This document shows positions 32,658 to 33,955 of a stretch of DNA of 33,955 nt, one piece after another. Numbering within the stretch: position 1 is the stretch's first letter; every line of letters begins with the position of its first letter. Source of the stretch: a virus (taxonomy: Duplodnaviria; Heunggongvirae; Uroviricota; Caudoviricetes); the IMG/VR virus record IMGVR_UViG_2778261417_000008, positions 1 through 33,955 of that record, one strand, 5' to 3'. A program made the position numbers and the translations under genes. The notes beneath the pieces were generated by a model. The model was given only the letters and a program-made list of their open reading frames with translations. It was not told where the DNA came from and searched no databases.

Positions 32658-33218
32658 ATGAAAACAATCGAACAAAAACTTGAACAGCGCCGCGAGTGGC
32701 AGAAGGCAGCCAGAGAACGAGCGATCGCTCGGCAACGGGAAAAGTTGGCTGACCCCGCCTGGCGAGAATCGCAATATCAGAAAATGCGGGATTCTATCGA
32801 CCGCCGTATCGCTAAACAGAAAGAGCGCCCACCAGCCAGCAAAACGCGGAAAAGTGCGGTAAAAATAAAATCTCGTGGCTTGAAGGGGCGAACACCGACG
32901 GCGGAGGAACGGACCATCGCCAATGCTCTTGGCACTCTCCCCTGCATTGCCTGCTACATGCATGGAGTAATATCTGAAGAGGTGTCTCTGCACCATATCT
33001 CCGGTCGTACCGCGCAGGGTTGTCACAAAAAGCAATTGCCCCTTTGTAGATGGCACCACCAGCATGCAGCACCGGCTGAAGTAAGAGAAAAATACCCCTG
33101 GCTGGTCCCCGTTCATGCCGATGGTGTGGTTGGAGGCAAGAAAGAATTCACCTTGCTGAACAAGTCAGAGATGGAATTGCTGGCTGACGCCTATGAGATG
33201 GCAAACATCATGCACTAA
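32658..33218 (+). CDS. ref: Ref (recombination enhancement function), HNH-type endonuclease, 186 aa
   Basis: Length 186 aa and an HNH-like cluster (…CIACYMHGV…LHHISG…CRWHHQH…); position after cre as in P1. Confidence 0.88.
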   Translation: MKTIEQKLEQRREWQKAARERAIARQREKLADPAWRESQYQKMRDSIDRRIAKQKERPPASKTRKSAVKIKSRGLKGRTPTAEERTIANALGTLPCIACYMHGVISEEVSLHHISGRTAQGCHKKQLPLCRWHHQHAAPAEVREKYPWLVPVHADGVVGGKKEFTLLNKSEMELLADAYEMANIMH

Positions 33219-33406
33219 TAAATATATTATTTTTAATCTGAAATAATTGACAACTGACAAGTGACTTCAGTCAGAATCATCACATGCCCGGTACGGATGG
33301 ATCCCTTTTCAAATATTCCATGGACGGCACAGTCTGAGTACCGGGCGCTACCTTCAGTTGTATTGCTAAGCCGCCGCTGGTGGCTTTTCTTTTTGTAGGG
33401 GGAGCT

Positions 33407-33928
33407 ATGGATAAGAAAATATGCGTTGTTTCGATGAACGTCGGCAAACCGGCGTCAATGACTGCTGCATGGATCAACAACGAGCTGATAATGGCTGAGC
33501 GGACCAGATACCCTGAACGCCGCCGCGACATGGAACTCCAGCTGCTGCGCGAATTGCGAGAAAAAGAGGAAAAGGGTTTTATCGTGCTGGTGGAAGAGGA
33601 AAACAGCTTTATTACTGGTCGAGTTGGCCAGCGTGTAAGGTTGCGCGATCCCTTCATGAACGGCAGGCCGGTACTAATTGAAGCAATGCAGATTTACAAG
33701 GAGTTGGAACGCCAGAAAGCGATCAAGTTACCGCGCAAGGAATCCGGCAAATACATCCTCCACCAAAGCATCTTCGATTCCGAACACGATAAAAAAGGCG
33801 ATGAGTTTTTCAACATCAACTGGAGCGAAATAACGACAGAGCATGTTCTGACGTTGTTATGCTGCTTCGCAACAGAATTAGACTGGCCCCCTGAATCTCC
33901 AGACAACCAATATCACTTAAATAAGTGA
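33407..33928 (+). CDS. mat: Mat-like protein (particle maturation); start assumed at the ATG at 33407
   Basis: ORF following ref as in P1; GGGGGAG 4 nt upstream of the 33407 ATG; family assigned by position. Confidence 0.5.
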   Translation: MDKKICVVSMNVGKPASMTAAWINNELIMAERTRYPERRRDMELQLLRELREKEEKGFIVLVEEENSFITGRVGQRVRLRDPFMNGRPVLIEAMQIYKELERQKAIKLPRKESGKYILHQSIFDSEHDKKGDEFFNINWSEITTEHVLTLLCCFATELDWPPESPDNQYHLNK

Positions 33929-33955
33929 TAGTCTTAATACTAGTTTTTAGACTAG

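Noticed and set aside
32159-33116. Minus-strand ORFs of 142 aa and 182 aa antisense to the cra-region ORF and to ref
   Set aside because: They overlap strongly supported plus-strand genes, are proline/arginine-rich with low complexity, and lack start context. The minus-oriented terminator at 32409-32437 is kept as a separate observation.

Overview
This window reads as a mosaic segment of a P1-like phage-plasmid from an enterobacterium, probably E. coli. All protein identifications are from reading the ORF translations and recalling the P1 families from memory; no database search was run. Left to right: a partial IS1 that truncates a phage gene; a P1-type partition locus (parS, parB, parA); a single T5orf172/GIY-YIG-like gene with its own terminator wedged between the par operator and the incA-like iterons; an iteron-controlled RepA replicon whose RepA and iterons diverge from P1 as I recall them; an IS629-like IS3-family element interrupted by a complete 2270-bp group II intron; an operator-fronted operon of uncharacterised enzymes (zinc-ribbon protein, VRR-NUC nuclease, two paralogous proteins, Ser/Thr phosphatase, glycosyltransferase-like, coiled-coil protein, HAD phosphatase); an EcoR124-like type IC restriction-modification system (hsdM-hsdS-hsdR) with the 12-bp specificity repeat in hsdS; phd-doc; a packaging region with a split small-subunit-like gene and a large terminase; the immI module (c4-icd-ant) placed directly beside immC (c1-coi); then loxP, cre, ref and mat. 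The most promising candidates for something undescribed are the isolated T5orf172-like gene at 4295-5104 and the enzyme operon at 11149-16840; neither function can be established from sequence alone.
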